DNA from: a virus
Length of the DNA: 64,000 bases
IMG/VR virus record: IMGVR_UViG_3300025150_000004
Span: 32,001 to 96,000 of that record
Reading direction: 5' to 3' (one strand)
Part shown: positions 48,340 through 56,956 of the stretch, piece by piece
Numbering within the stretch: position 1 is the first letter of the stretch
Layout: the number at the start of each line of letters is the position of its first letter
Position numbers and translations under genes: made by a program
The notes under the pieces: model-generated
Told to the model about the DNA's origin: nothing
The model's input: the letters and a program-made list of their open reading frames with translations, nothing else
The model's database searches: none

Positions 48340-48936
48340 GTGAGCGAGAGGGCGGCATACGTCGATTACCAGCAGCGGGCTTCCGAGTTCGCCGTTGGCG
48401 ACGCAGTCTATCCGTTCATGTCGGGGAACCATGACCTGATGGGACGGGTCCAGGCTGTCTGGCCCGCCATCGGCATGGTGCAGGTCGAGTGGCCCCACGG
48501 GTCCGAGCGGGTTCCGGTGGAAGACCTCCAGCGGTATGAGCGAAAGGACCAACTGCCCCCTGCGGTGGGTCTCGACAACGTGCCCGGTGGGGCCTCCTCG
48601 GTCTCGGTTCCGGGCGGGCCGGTGGCTCCCAAGACGGCGACTCTCGCCATCGAGGGCTCCATCCGTCGGGTCGCCGAGGCGTTCGTCAAGAAGGCTCTCT
48701 ACTGGGGGGCCTCCGACCGGAAGTATCGTGCGACCAAGGGTGAACTGGATTCTGGGTCCTTCAACTGCCCCAAGTGTCGGGAGCACGCCCTCCGCAAGGC
48801 CATCTACAAGAGGCAGGAGGGGCGCAGTGAGCCTCTCCTGGGCTGCCCAAGCTGCATGTTCCTGATCAAGCGGTGCGACATCATCGGCTCGGACGAGTGG
48901 CGAGACCTGAACGAGCCCGTGCTGGAGGTGGCCTGA
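48340..48936 (+). CDS. Hypothetical protein with SH3-like N-terminus, RVAEAF motif and C-terminal zinc ribbon
   Basis: FAVGDAV ... GRVQAVW; CPKC ... CPSC. Confidence 0.75.
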   Translation: MSERAAYVDYQQRASEFAVGDAVYPFMSGNHDLMGRVQAVWPAIGMVQVEWPHGSERVPVEDLQRYERKDQLPPAVGLDNVPGGASSVSVPGGPVAPKTATLAIEGSIRRVAEAFVKKALYWGASDRKYRATKGELDSGSFNCPKCREHALRKAIYKRQEGRSEPLLGCPSCMFLIKRCDIIGSDEWRDLNEPVLEVA

Positions 48937-48937
48937 G

Positions 48938-51900
48938 ATGGCGTTCATGAAGTACGCCAGGGCCGTGGTCGAGCACCCTCACGTCTCCCGACGTGAGTGG
49001 GGCCAGATCCGCACGGCAGGACGTTCCTTCGGGAAGGTCCCGAGTTTCGCCCGGACCCGGGTGAAGCTGGCGAGGGGGTCTGTCCCGACCAACCTGGTGG
49101 ACCAGGCGAGCACCATCTTCGGGGATGTGTTCGACCCGGGTCAGTACCTCCTGACCCATGCCACCATCGTGGCTTCGGTGGATGTGTTCCAGCCCCAGGG
49201 GATCAAGCTCGGTTCCCAGTTGGAGGGCGGGTTCGTCGTCAACCGCAAGTACGGGGACTTCCGGGTCGAGCCGAGGTGCGCCCAGTTCATCAACAACAAC
49301 CGGGACGCCTGGACTCGTGGTGTCCTCCTCAAGGCGTTCGAGACGTTCATCGGCGGGCACAACTTCGTCGAGCACGTCCAGATCGAGTCGATGTCCAAGG
49401 GGCGGATCATCGACGCAGTGGCCCGGGACATCGGGGACTCGGTCTACATCGACATCCTCATCGCCACGGACCGGAAGCACCGGGACCTGGTGACGGCCAT
49501 CGAGAACGGCAAGATGGGCACTTTGTCGATGGGGTGTTTCCTGCCCGGCACGCAGGTCACGATGGCGGACGGTCGCCGCATCGCCATTGAGGATGTGCAG
49601 CCCGGTGACATGGTGCTGACCCACAAGGGCCGTGCCCGTGAGGTGCTGAACAAGCAGATCAAGGGTGGCAAGTGGGATATGCGGACGGTACATGCTGTTG
49701 GGCTGGCATCCCCCATCACGTCCACAGGCAATCATCCCTACTACGTCCTTCGGCCCGCCGAAGTGTGCGCTTGCGGGTGTGGCGAGAGCCTGCCCGCTTA
49801 TGTTTCTTCTGCGAAGAAACCGACGACACGAAGCCTCACACGGCGGTTCAAGGTCGGACACGACAAACGTGTCCTGAACCCCAACAACACCTACTCGCTG
49901 GATGAGTTCAAGCGTCGTAAGGCGCAGATGGACGAGATCCAGAACCCCGAGTTGGTGAAGGTTCGGGCCGATGAACTTCGGGTAGGGGATTTCATCGCCT
50001 TCCCACGGGTGAAGGATGGTGAGCACACCCTTTCCGTCTCTGACGGCAAGGCCCGTCTGCTTGGCTACTTCTTGGCCGAAGGGTGCTTTGCTAAGGAGAA
50101 GGGGCGTCCCGTTCAGGTGACGTTCTGCTTCTCGATGGATGAGAAATCTACGTTCGTTGCCGAGGTGGAGGGCCTGCTCAAGCAAGAGTTCCCAGACAGG
50201 CGGAATGAGCCGTGGGTGCAGGAGCGGGTTGACAGCAACAACTGCATGGTTCACATCCGTGACCCAGAGGTTGCGGCGTGGTTCAAAGAGCACGGCGGCG
50301 AGTACAGCCCTGGTAAGCGCCTGTCGGCTGACGCCATGAACTGGTCGGTGGAGAGCCACAAGCACCTGATCGGGGCGTGGCTAAACGGCGACGGCCACCG
50401 GGCCAAGGCTCATGGTGGGTTCCTTGTGGGCACCACTGTCTCACTGGACCTCGCCAGCCAGATGCACGCCCTGATGGCGAAGTGCGGTTGGTTTGCCCGG
50501 TTCGAGGCCCGCATCGGGTCGAAGTCGGTCACGGTGGCCGAGGCAATCAACGGTGGTGTTGCTGTTCGGGATGAGGCGACGGGGCGGCTTCCGGCGTACC
50601 TGCTGACCATCGGGAACACGCAGTCGGTCGAGTTGCAGGGCTACTGCGCCAAGGCTCCCACCACGGCGAAGTACAGCAACCAGAACAACCGCACTTTTGA
50701 GGATTGGGTGGTCAGCCCGATCACGGCCATCGAGGAGAGTACCTACGAAGGTTGGGTCCACGACATGGAAGTGGAGGAGGACCACACCTATGTTGCTGTA
50801 GGCGCCTGTGTGTCCAACTGCACCGTCGATGGGACCATCTGCACGAAATGCGGGCACTGGGCGGCCGACGAGACCGAGATGTGCTTCCCGACAGGCACCC
50901 GAATCCTGATGGCGGACGGCAAGTACGTTCCCATCGAGGAGGTGGTCGAAGGGGATCTGGTCGTCACCCATACGGGGGCGATCCAGCCTGTCCTGCACAC
51001 GATGGGGCGACACCACGACGGCAACGTCACCGTGCTGAACGTCGAGGGCGTGCCTCAGCCGATTCGGGCAACGACCGGGCACCGTTTCTGGGTCATGCGT
51101 CCCGAAACGCACTGCCAGTGCGGGTGTGGGCAGTCGTTTCGGCGCACCGTCGAACACGAACGGGGGGCGTCACAGGCGTTCCAACGTCGGTTCCTGCCCG
51201 GACACAACAGCAAGGTGATTCCTTTCCCGTCCGGGTTGTTCGCCCCGGCTGACAGCAGGAACACGGGGGCCAATCTGGAGTTCGTCCCGGCGAAGGACAT
51301 TCGCAAGGGCGACTACCTGACGTTCCCCATTCCTCAGCAGGTCACGGCCTCTCCCGAGGCTACTGAGGACAAGGCTCGTCTCATCGGGTTCTTCTTGGCC
51401 GAGGGGAGCTTCATCAAGCGGGATGGGGTACTTGTCGGCGTGAGCTTCGACTTCGGGGCGCATGAGTACGGCTCCCTTGCTGTCGAGGTCGAGGATCTGC
51501 TCAACAAGGTCTGGGGTCGGGACGAGCGCCGCACGGTGGACTTTGACTGGCGGCAGAAGGTGGCGTCGGAGGGTGCCAAGCCAATCCGTCGTCGCAAGAA
51601 CAGTCGTCCTGTCCCCACCGATCTCACCTGTCCGTCGTGTAAGGCACCTTCGGAGTACGCCTACAATGTCCGGTTTAAGAAGGGCCAGGACGACTGCTAC
51701 CAGTGCAAGGTGTGCAACCGTCAGTGGGTCGAGGGGTCGGACCGGGCCGTGAGGGCTTGCCGCAATCTGACGGGGGAGTCCGCCTGTTCGGTTCGGCTGA
51801 TGTGTTCCGAGGCTGCTGAGTGGTTCCACACCTTCTGCGGGGAGTACGCCCACGGCAAGGCGCTGGCTCCCGAGGTCATGTACTGGCCGCAGGAGATCCA

Positions 51901-53362
51901 GAAGCACGTCCTGTTCGGTTGGTTGGGCGGGGACGGGACTCAGTCCCGGTTAGGGATCACGGGCAACACGGCGTCGTTCGATCTGATGAGCCAGATGCAC
52001 GTTCTGGCTGCCCGGTGCGGTTGGTATAGTCGCAAGCAGGTCACGTTCGACCGTCGAGCCGCCATCTTGGACGAGGTGGTCAACGGTTCCGGTCCGGTGA
52101 CGGTGCGAGATAGCAATGGATGGCTGCCTTCGTTCTCGTTGACCCTGCCCGAGCCTGCGGGCTTTGGTGGTGAGGTTAGGTTCACGGACCCCGAAAGCGC
52201 ACGGGTCACGTTGTCGGGTGTCACGGACGGTTTCAAGCGGGTGGGCAACTACCTGTTGTACCGGGTCCGAGAGGCATGGAACGAGTGCTTCTCCGGGCAG
52301 GTCCACAACATCGAGGTCGCCAAAGACAAGAGCTACGTCGTGGAGGGCATGGCCGTCCACAACTGCCCGCACATCAAGTACCAGAAGGGCAACACCTTCT
52401 TCGACGAGCAGGGTCGGCAGCACATCATCGCCGAGCTTTGCGGGCACGAGAGCCTCGACCCAACCGGCGGCGTCACCTTCATCGAGGCGTCGTGGGTTGA
52501 GACACCAGCCTTCACGGGAGCGGTCCTCCGCAACGTGATGGAGGCGACCGAGGAGACGGCCAAGAAGGCCGAGGCAGTTCTCAACTCCCCGCCCCCCCAG
52601 TGGTCCACCGCCGCCATGGCGAAGGCCGCAGGGATGACCAAGACGGGCGTGGGGATCGACGCCCTGGAGCGGGCGGCGCAGCAAGATGGCCGTGTCGTGG
52701 GCCGAGTAGCCCACGGTCCTCTGACTTCTCCCGAAGTCCTCTCTGTCGGGGCCAATCCTTCGATGGAGGCCGACCTGTTCCTGTCGGGATGGGACGAAGA
52801 GGACGACGAGGGGGCCGACGCCCCCGCTGCACCTCCGAAGGAGGAGGGCACCCCTCTCGAAGAGCTTCGCCAGGAGGTCAAGCAGCACCTCCTGAACGAG
52901 GTCAAGCGGGAGATCAAGGACGAGATGAGGAAGAAGGACGTGTCCGACCGCCTCGACTCCACGGCCCCCAACGACACGGTTCAGCATGAAGCTGATGGCC
53001 TCGGGACGCCCTCAAGATCCCGACAGCACGAGGCACGGGCCTACACGGCCGGGATCAACACCTTGGTCCGCACTGCTGCCTCGGACATCGATCTGATGGA
53101 GGCGGTTGCCGCCTTCAACAGGGAGGCAGGGGTTTCGGTCCCTGTCCCGCTTTACCGGGCGGCCCTCAAGGTGGGGCCGTCTACCCAGTTCTCGGGGTCT
53201 TCGACATCCGAGTTCGTCCGGGCCTGCCACGCCGCTCTGGGACGGCAGCCCAACACCACTGAGGTTCGGGTCATGGCCCGTCTCAGCCATCTGCTGTCCC
53301 GTCGGACTTCGGCCCGCACGGGGAACCACAAGGCAGTCGCCACAGAAGGAGCGTTGACATGA
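48938..53362 (+). CDS. Prohead (capsid maturation) protease precursor with two inteins; about 552 aa spliced
   Basis: NFVEH, KGRIIDA, LSMG (catalytic Ser), CTKCG, FIEASWVETPAF; located before the scaffold and capsid genes. Confidence 0.85.
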   Translation: MAFMKYARAVVEHPHVSRREWGQIRTAGRSFGKVPSFARTRVKLARGSVPTNLVDQASTIFGDVFDPGQYLLTHATIVASVDVFQPQGIKLGSQLEGGFVVNRKYGDFRVEPRCAQFINNNRDAWTRGVLLKAFETFIGGHNFVEHVQIESMSKGRIIDAVARDIGDSVYIDILIATDRKHRDLVTAIENGKMGTLSMGCFLPGTQVTMADGRRIAIEDVQPGDMVLTHKGRAREVLNKQIKGGKWDMRTVHAVGLASPITSTGNHPYYVLRPAEVCACGCGESLPAYVSSAKKPTTRSLTRRFKVGHDKRVLNPNNTYSLDEFKRRKAQMDEIQNPELVKVRADELRVGDFIAFPRVKDGEHTLSVSDGKARLLGYFLAEGCFAKEKGRPVQVTFCFSMDEKSTFVAEVEGLLKQEFPDRRNEPWVQERVDSNNCMVHIRDPEVAAWFKEHGGEYSPGKRLSADAMNWSVESHKHLIGAWLNGDGHRAKAHGGFLVGTTVSLDLASQMHALMAKCGWFARFEARIGSKSVTVAEAINGGVAVRDEATGRLPAYLLTIGNTQSVELQGYCAKAPTTAKYSNQNNRTFEDWVVSPITAIEESTYEGWVHDMEVEEDHTYVAVGACVSNCTVDGTICTKCGHWAADETEMCFPTGTRILMADGKYVPIEEVVEGDLVVTHTGAIQPVLHTMGRHHDGNVTVLNVEGVPQPIRATTGHRFWVMRPETHCQCGCGQSFRRTVEHERGASQAFQRRFLPGHNSKVIPFPSGLFAPADSRNTGANLEFVPAKDIRKGDYLTFPIPQQVTASPEATEDKARLIGFFLAEGSFIKRDGVLVGVSFDFGAHEYGSLAVEVEDLLNKVWGRDERRTVDFDWRQKVASEGAKPIRRRKNSRPVPTDLTCPSCKAPSEYAYNVRFKKGQDDCYQCKVCNRQWVEGSDRAVRACRNLTGESACSVRLMCSEAAEWFHTFCGEYAHGKALAPEVMYWPQEIQKHVLFGWLGGDGTQSRLGITGNTASFDLMSQMHVLAARCGWYSRKQVTFDRRAAILDEVVNGSGPVTVRDSNGWLPSFSLTLPEPAGFGGEVRFTDPESARVTLSGVTDGFKRVGNYLLYRVREAWNECFSGQVHNIEVAKDKSYVVEGMAVHNCPHIKYQKGNTFFDEQGRQHIIAELCGHESLDPTGGVTFIEASWVETPAFTGAVLRNVMEATEETAKKAEAVLNSPPPQWSTAAMAKAAGMTKTGVGIDALERAAQQDGRVVGRVAHGPLTSPEVLSVGANPSMEADLFLSGWDEEDDEGADAPAAPPKEEGTPLEELRQEVKQHLLNEVKREIKDEMRKKDVSDRLDSTAPNDTVQHEADGLGTPSRSRQHEARAYTAGINTLVRTAASDIDLMEAVAAFNREAGVSVPVPLYRAALKVGPSTQFSGSSTSEFVRACHAALGRQPNTTEVRVMARLSHLLSRRTSARTGNHKAVATEGALT
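49535..50818 (+). mobile_element. Intein A in the protease (428 aa, LAGLIDADG, ends SN)
   Basis: SMG|CFLPGTQV ... TGNHP ... LGYFLAEG ... AWLNGDG ... VHDMEV ... CVSN|CTV. Confidence 0.92.
50882..52363 (+). mobile_element. Intein B in the protease (494 aa, LAGLIDADG, extra zinc ribbon)
   Basis: TEM|CFPTGTRI ... TTGHRF ... IGFFLAEG ... GWLGGDG ... VHNIEV ... AVHN|CPH. Confidence 0.92.
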
Positions 53363-55023
53363 GCACTCGCAACCGTTCGACGTGGGCGGCGGACAAGAAG
53401 GCAGGTCAGGCACCTGCGGTCCCCGGCTACGGATCCGAAGACCAGGACCACCCGGCTCACAAGCCGGAGCCCGGCTACGCCGACTACAAGAAGGGTGACC
53501 CGGACGCCTGGGCCGAGACGCCGAACCCGCCCCCGTACCCCGAGGGCAACCCGCCGTCCGTCCCCGGCTACGACACCGAGGATCAGGACCACCCGGCCCA
53601 CAAGAGGAACCCCCGGGTGGAGAAGCTGTCCTCGCTGGTGGAGAAGAAGGCCAAGAAGGCCCTCGTCATCGCCAGCCACATGCTGGGCAAGGAGGCCACC
53701 AAGGAGGCCGTCGAGCTTCAGGCTCTCGACCTCATGGACATGGACGATGCCGTGATGGAGGCGACCCTCAAGCGCCTCGGCGGCGGCTTCATGGCCGACG
53801 ACGACATGGACCCGATGTACGACATGGAGCCCGAACTCGACGAGGTCGAGCCCATGGCGTGCGGGGCCATGTACGGCCTCGAAGACATGGAGATGGAGGG
53901 GCCGATGGGCGTGTTCGCCAACGCCCTCAAGGCCATCGCCACCGACCTGAAGGCCCTCAAGGACGCCAACCAGAACCAGTACCCCGGCCCGACGCTCGGG
54001 GGACCGGCGAAGGACGAGGCAGGTGCTCGGGCCGAGGCTTCCCAGGTCTCCGGCCTGGAGGCCAAGGCTCGTGCCGAGGGTGCCGCAGCGGCCAAGGGCG
54101 AGGTCCACGCCTCTGTCTTCGACGGCATGGACAAGGACCGGGACGGCTTCGTGACGGCCTCCGAGTTCACGGGCAGCAAGGCGATCTTCGCCGCCATCGA
54201 CGTGGACGCCGACGGCATCATCTCCAAGTCCGAGTACGTCGCCGCCTTCTCGGCCACCGCCAAGAAGGCCGAGGACGACGAGGACGAGGATGGCAAGGAG
54301 GCCGCCAAGAAGGCCGAGGACGACGAGGACGACAAGGGCAAGGAGGCCAAGAAGGCCGACGACGCCATGCTCGACCTCATGGCCAGCCTCTCCGACGACG
54401 AGATCGCCATGCTCCACCAGGCGTCCGAGGACGACAAGGAGAACGGCGACGACGAGGAGACCGCCGCCAAGAAGGCCGCTGCTCGACTCGCTCAGCTTCG
54501 GGCCGAGGCCGGGTGCGACAAGCTCCCGCCCGCCCTGAAGGAGAAGTGCGAGGAGAAGTCCGGCAAGGGCGACGACAAGGGCGACGACAAGGGCAAGGAG
54601 GCCGCCAAGAAGGCCGACGACGACGAGGACGAGGACGACGAGCCCGAGGACAAGGGCGAGGAGTCCGAGGGCGGTGACGAGGACGACGACAAGGAGGCCG
54701 CCAAGAAGGCCACCGAGGACGCCGCCTTCTTCGCCTCCACCGGGGACCCCATGGGCCTCGGCGGGGACCCGTCCCACGGTCTGAACCTCACGGCCGAGGA
54801 CGAGGCGGTGCTCAACGAGATCTTCGCCGCCGACGTGCCGAACACGGCGTCCGCCCTCCCGGGTGACGCCGTCGAGGCGGCCATGAAGCCCCAGCCGAAG
54901 CAGGCGAGCACCGGCTCGACCGCCCCGGTCGGCAACATGACCCGCACGGCCTCGGGCGGGATCTCGGACCTCTCCCAGCTTTGGGAGTCGGCTCCCGACG
55001 TGTCCAAGGTCTTCGGCGTCTGA
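53359..55023 (+). CDS. Putative capsid scaffolding protein, acidic, with an EF-hand pair
   Basis: Between protease and capsid genes; D/E/K/A low complexity; duplicated PGYxxEDQDHPAHK; EF loops DKDRDGFVTASE and DVDADGIISKSE. Confidence 0.7.
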   Translation: MSTRNRSTWAADKKAGQAPAVPGYGSEDQDHPAHKPEPGYADYKKGDPDAWAETPNPPPYPEGNPPSVPGYDTEDQDHPAHKRNPRVEKLSSLVEKKAKKALVIASHMLGKEATKEAVELQALDLMDMDDAVMEATLKRLGGGFMADDDMDPMYDMEPELDEVEPMACGAMYGLEDMEMEGPMGVFANALKAIATDLKALKDANQNQYPGPTLGGPAKDEAGARAEASQVSGLEAKARAEGAAAAKGEVHASVFDGMDKDRDGFVTASEFTGSKAIFAAIDVDADGIISKSEYVAAFSATAKKAEDDEDEDGKEAAKKAEDDEDDKGKEAKKADDAMLDLMASLSDDEIAMLHQASEDDKENGDDEETAAKKAAARLAQLRAEAGCDKLPPALKEKCEEKSGKGDDKGDDKGKEAAKKADDDEDEDDEPEDKGEESEGGDEDDDKEAAKKATEDAAFFASTGDPMGLGGDPSHGLNLTAEDEAVLNEIFAADVPNTASALPGDAVEAAMKPQPKQASTGSTAPVGNMTRTASGGISDLSQLWESAPDVSKVFGV

Positions 55024-55029
55024 TCGAAC

Positions 55030-55075
55030 TGGGTTCTTCATCCCCGGTTTTTCGGAGCCGGGGATGAAGAACCCA
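55030..55075 (+). terminator. Long perfect hairpin after the scaffold gene
   Basis: TGGGTTCTTCATCCCCGG / CCGGGGATGAAGAACCCA, 18 bp, with TTCG in the loop. Confidence 0.7.
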
Positions 55076-55226
55076 CGGGAACCCCCGGGTTCTTCGGTAA
55101 TTGATTGATAGTTGACCTGTATGTGTGAGGGCGGATGACCCGCTCATCAAACTAGAGGCCCGAGGGGGCAAGGCTCCCGCTGGCTTCAACACCAAGGCCC
55201 TGTGAACAGGGAGTGGAGGATACAAC

Positions 55227-55874
55227 ATGCCTTTGCTTGGACAGGCCAGCGGTGGGTGGACCGAGTCGTCTTCGGCCCTTCGTCTTCTGCACCTCGGCGT
55301 GCGGAACTCGACGGGGGTGCTCACGGATGACGCTTTCACCCAGGCCAACCCTCGGGTGATCGTGGTCGCTGCCACGATCTCGACTCATGTGGACACGACT
55401 GCGACCGGCGTTCTCTCCGGCTCGGTGTGCTTCGCCCGTCAGGACGGCGGTGAGAACTTCATCGGCGGACCGACGGCCGACGGCAACAACGCCGGTGCGA
55501 ACGACGCCCGCCAGCGTCCCCTGGGCGTCTTCATCAACTCGGCGAACGGCAACGCCTTCGAGAACACCCCGGGCACGGCGTCCGGCAAGGGACCCTACGT
55601 CTCGGGCCAGGGCACCTACGGCAACGGGCTGTTCGAGACGCAGGTGCTCACGGGCGGCGGTGCCGGGAACAACCTGGCGTACACGGCCGGTGACCGGCTG
55701 GTGGCCTCCGTCAACGGGTTCCTCACGAACTCCACTGGCGTGGCGACCGACGTTCACGACGCCGCCGGTGGTCACGCTTCGAGCGACCTCGGCGGCAACG
55801 CCTACGAGATCGGCATCCTGAAGATGGCCCCCGACGCCACCCAGAACGAACTGGTCTACGACCAGCGCATCTGA
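55227..55874 (+). CDS. Putative capsid decoration or cement protein
   Basis: Rich in G, T, A and N; directly upstream of the major capsid gene; strong codon bias. Confidence 0.6.
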   Translation: MPLLGQASGGWTESSSALRLLHLGVRNSTGVLTDDAFTQANPRVIVVAATISTHVDTTATGVLSGSVCFARQDGGENFIGGPTADGNNAGANDARQRPLGVFINSANGNAFENTPGTASGKGPYVSGQGTYGNGLFETQVLTGGGAGNNLAYTAGDRLVASVNGFLTNSTGVATDVHDAAGGHASSDLGGNAYEIGILKMAPDATQNELVYDQRI

Positions 55875-55914
55875 CGGACGACCCGCAACCGAGAGAACCT
55901 CAAGGAGAATTACG

Positions 55915-56787
55915 ATGAGCGTTTCCAACGCAGTGAAGCAGCGGGTCATCGGCGAACTGATCCAGTCCCCCCAGGGACGGGCGAAGCTCGCCGCCTCGAT
56001 GACCCAGCCCCTCCGCCTCCGCCGGGACTACGCCTCGGTCGGCCGCAAGACCTTCCTGGTCGAGCAGCTTCCCGATGGCGCACTTCCCATCTACGACAAG
56101 GACCCCGACGTGACGGCGTTCGTGGTCGGCGAAGAGGGCGAGAACATCCTGGCCGTCACCAAGCCGAGGCGGGTGATCTTCCCGCTGTTCGAGATCGCCA
56201 GCAACCCGGAGATCCCGCTGACCCAGATCAAGGAGCGGCGCTTCGACCTGATCGAGCGTGCCCAGGATCTCGGCCGGGCTCAGGTGCAGGCGGCCGAGGA
56301 CGAGCGGGTGTTCGCCACCCTCGACGCCATGGCGACGGCGGGCTTCGACTCCCTCCCGGGCCAGACCAACGCCGACATCCCGGTGATCGCTCCGATCTCG
56401 GGTGCGGTGCTGGCCGACGCCTTCTCCCTCGTGGAGCGGCACGACCTGCGGGTGGCTCGGGTGTACATGAACGCCCGGGACTTCGCCGACATCCGCAAGT
56501 TCGGGCGGAACATCCTCGACATCGAGACCCAGGCCACCCTGCTCAAGACGGGCCTCATGGGCGTGCTGTACGGCGCTCAGATCGTCGTGAGCCGCCTGGT
56601 GCCGGTGGGCACGGTCTACGTCTGCTGCGAACCCGAGCACTTCGGCCGCATCCCGGTCCGTACCGAACTGACGGTGCTCTCCGCCGACGACCCGAAGGCC
56701 CGCACCATCGGCTTCTCGATCTTCGAGAACCTGGGCATCGGGGCCTTCAACCCCCGGGGCCTCGCCCGTCTCACGGTCAACCGCTAA
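55915..56787 (+). CDS. Major capsid protein (HK97 fold, compact)
   Basis: RKTFLVEQLPDG, PLFEIASNP, AAEDERVF, YMNARDFADI, GVLYGAQIVVS ... VPVGTVY, FNPRGLA; AAGGAG RBS. Confidence 0.88.
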   Translation: MSVSNAVKQRVIGELIQSPQGRAKLAASMTQPLRLRRDYASVGRKTFLVEQLPDGALPIYDKDPDVTAFVVGEEGENILAVTKPRRVIFPLFEIASNPEIPLTQIKERRFDLIERAQDLGRAQVQAAEDERVFATLDAMATAGFDSLPGQTNADIPVIAPISGAVLADAFSLVERHDLRVARVYMNARDFADIRKFGRNILDIETQATLLKTGLMGVLYGAQIVVSRLVPVGTVYVCCEPEHFGRIPVRTELTVLSADDPKARTIGFSIFENLGIGAFNPRGLARLTVNR

Positions 56788-56794
56788 TCAGCGG

Positions 56795-56865
56795 TAATCA
56801 CTCGTCCTATTAGGATCCCCCGTTGTTGAAAACAGCGGGGGATCCTAACTTAGCGAGGGTGATTA
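56795..56865 (+). terminator. Extended hairpin after the major capsid gene
   Basis: TTAGGATCCCCC ... GGGGGATCCTAA core with outer TAATCAC/GTGATTA pairing. Confidence 0.7.
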
Positions 56866-56907
56866 GTTCGACCACCCCACCTTTTTCAAAACATCTCCAA
56901 ACAAGCG

Positions 56908-56937
56908 TTGACCTTCTCACTTCGATGTGTTTACATT
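56908..56937 (+). promoter_or_regulatory. Sigma70-like promoter for the LAGLIDADG-MTase gene
   Basis: TTGACC-N18-TACATT with an A-rich upstream region. Confidence 0.5.
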
Positions 56938-56956
56938 TGAAGTCAGAGAGGTTGAA

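Noticed and set aside
54256-54720. Recurring GCCAAGAAGGCCGAGGACGAC repeats
   Set aside because: These are irregular in-frame coding repeats of the acidic scaffold, not a DNA-level array.
56449-56466. RVARVY in the major capsid protein matching the recurring motif
   Set aside because: It lies within the expected structural core of the capsid fold, not at a domain boundary. Treated as a probable chance match.
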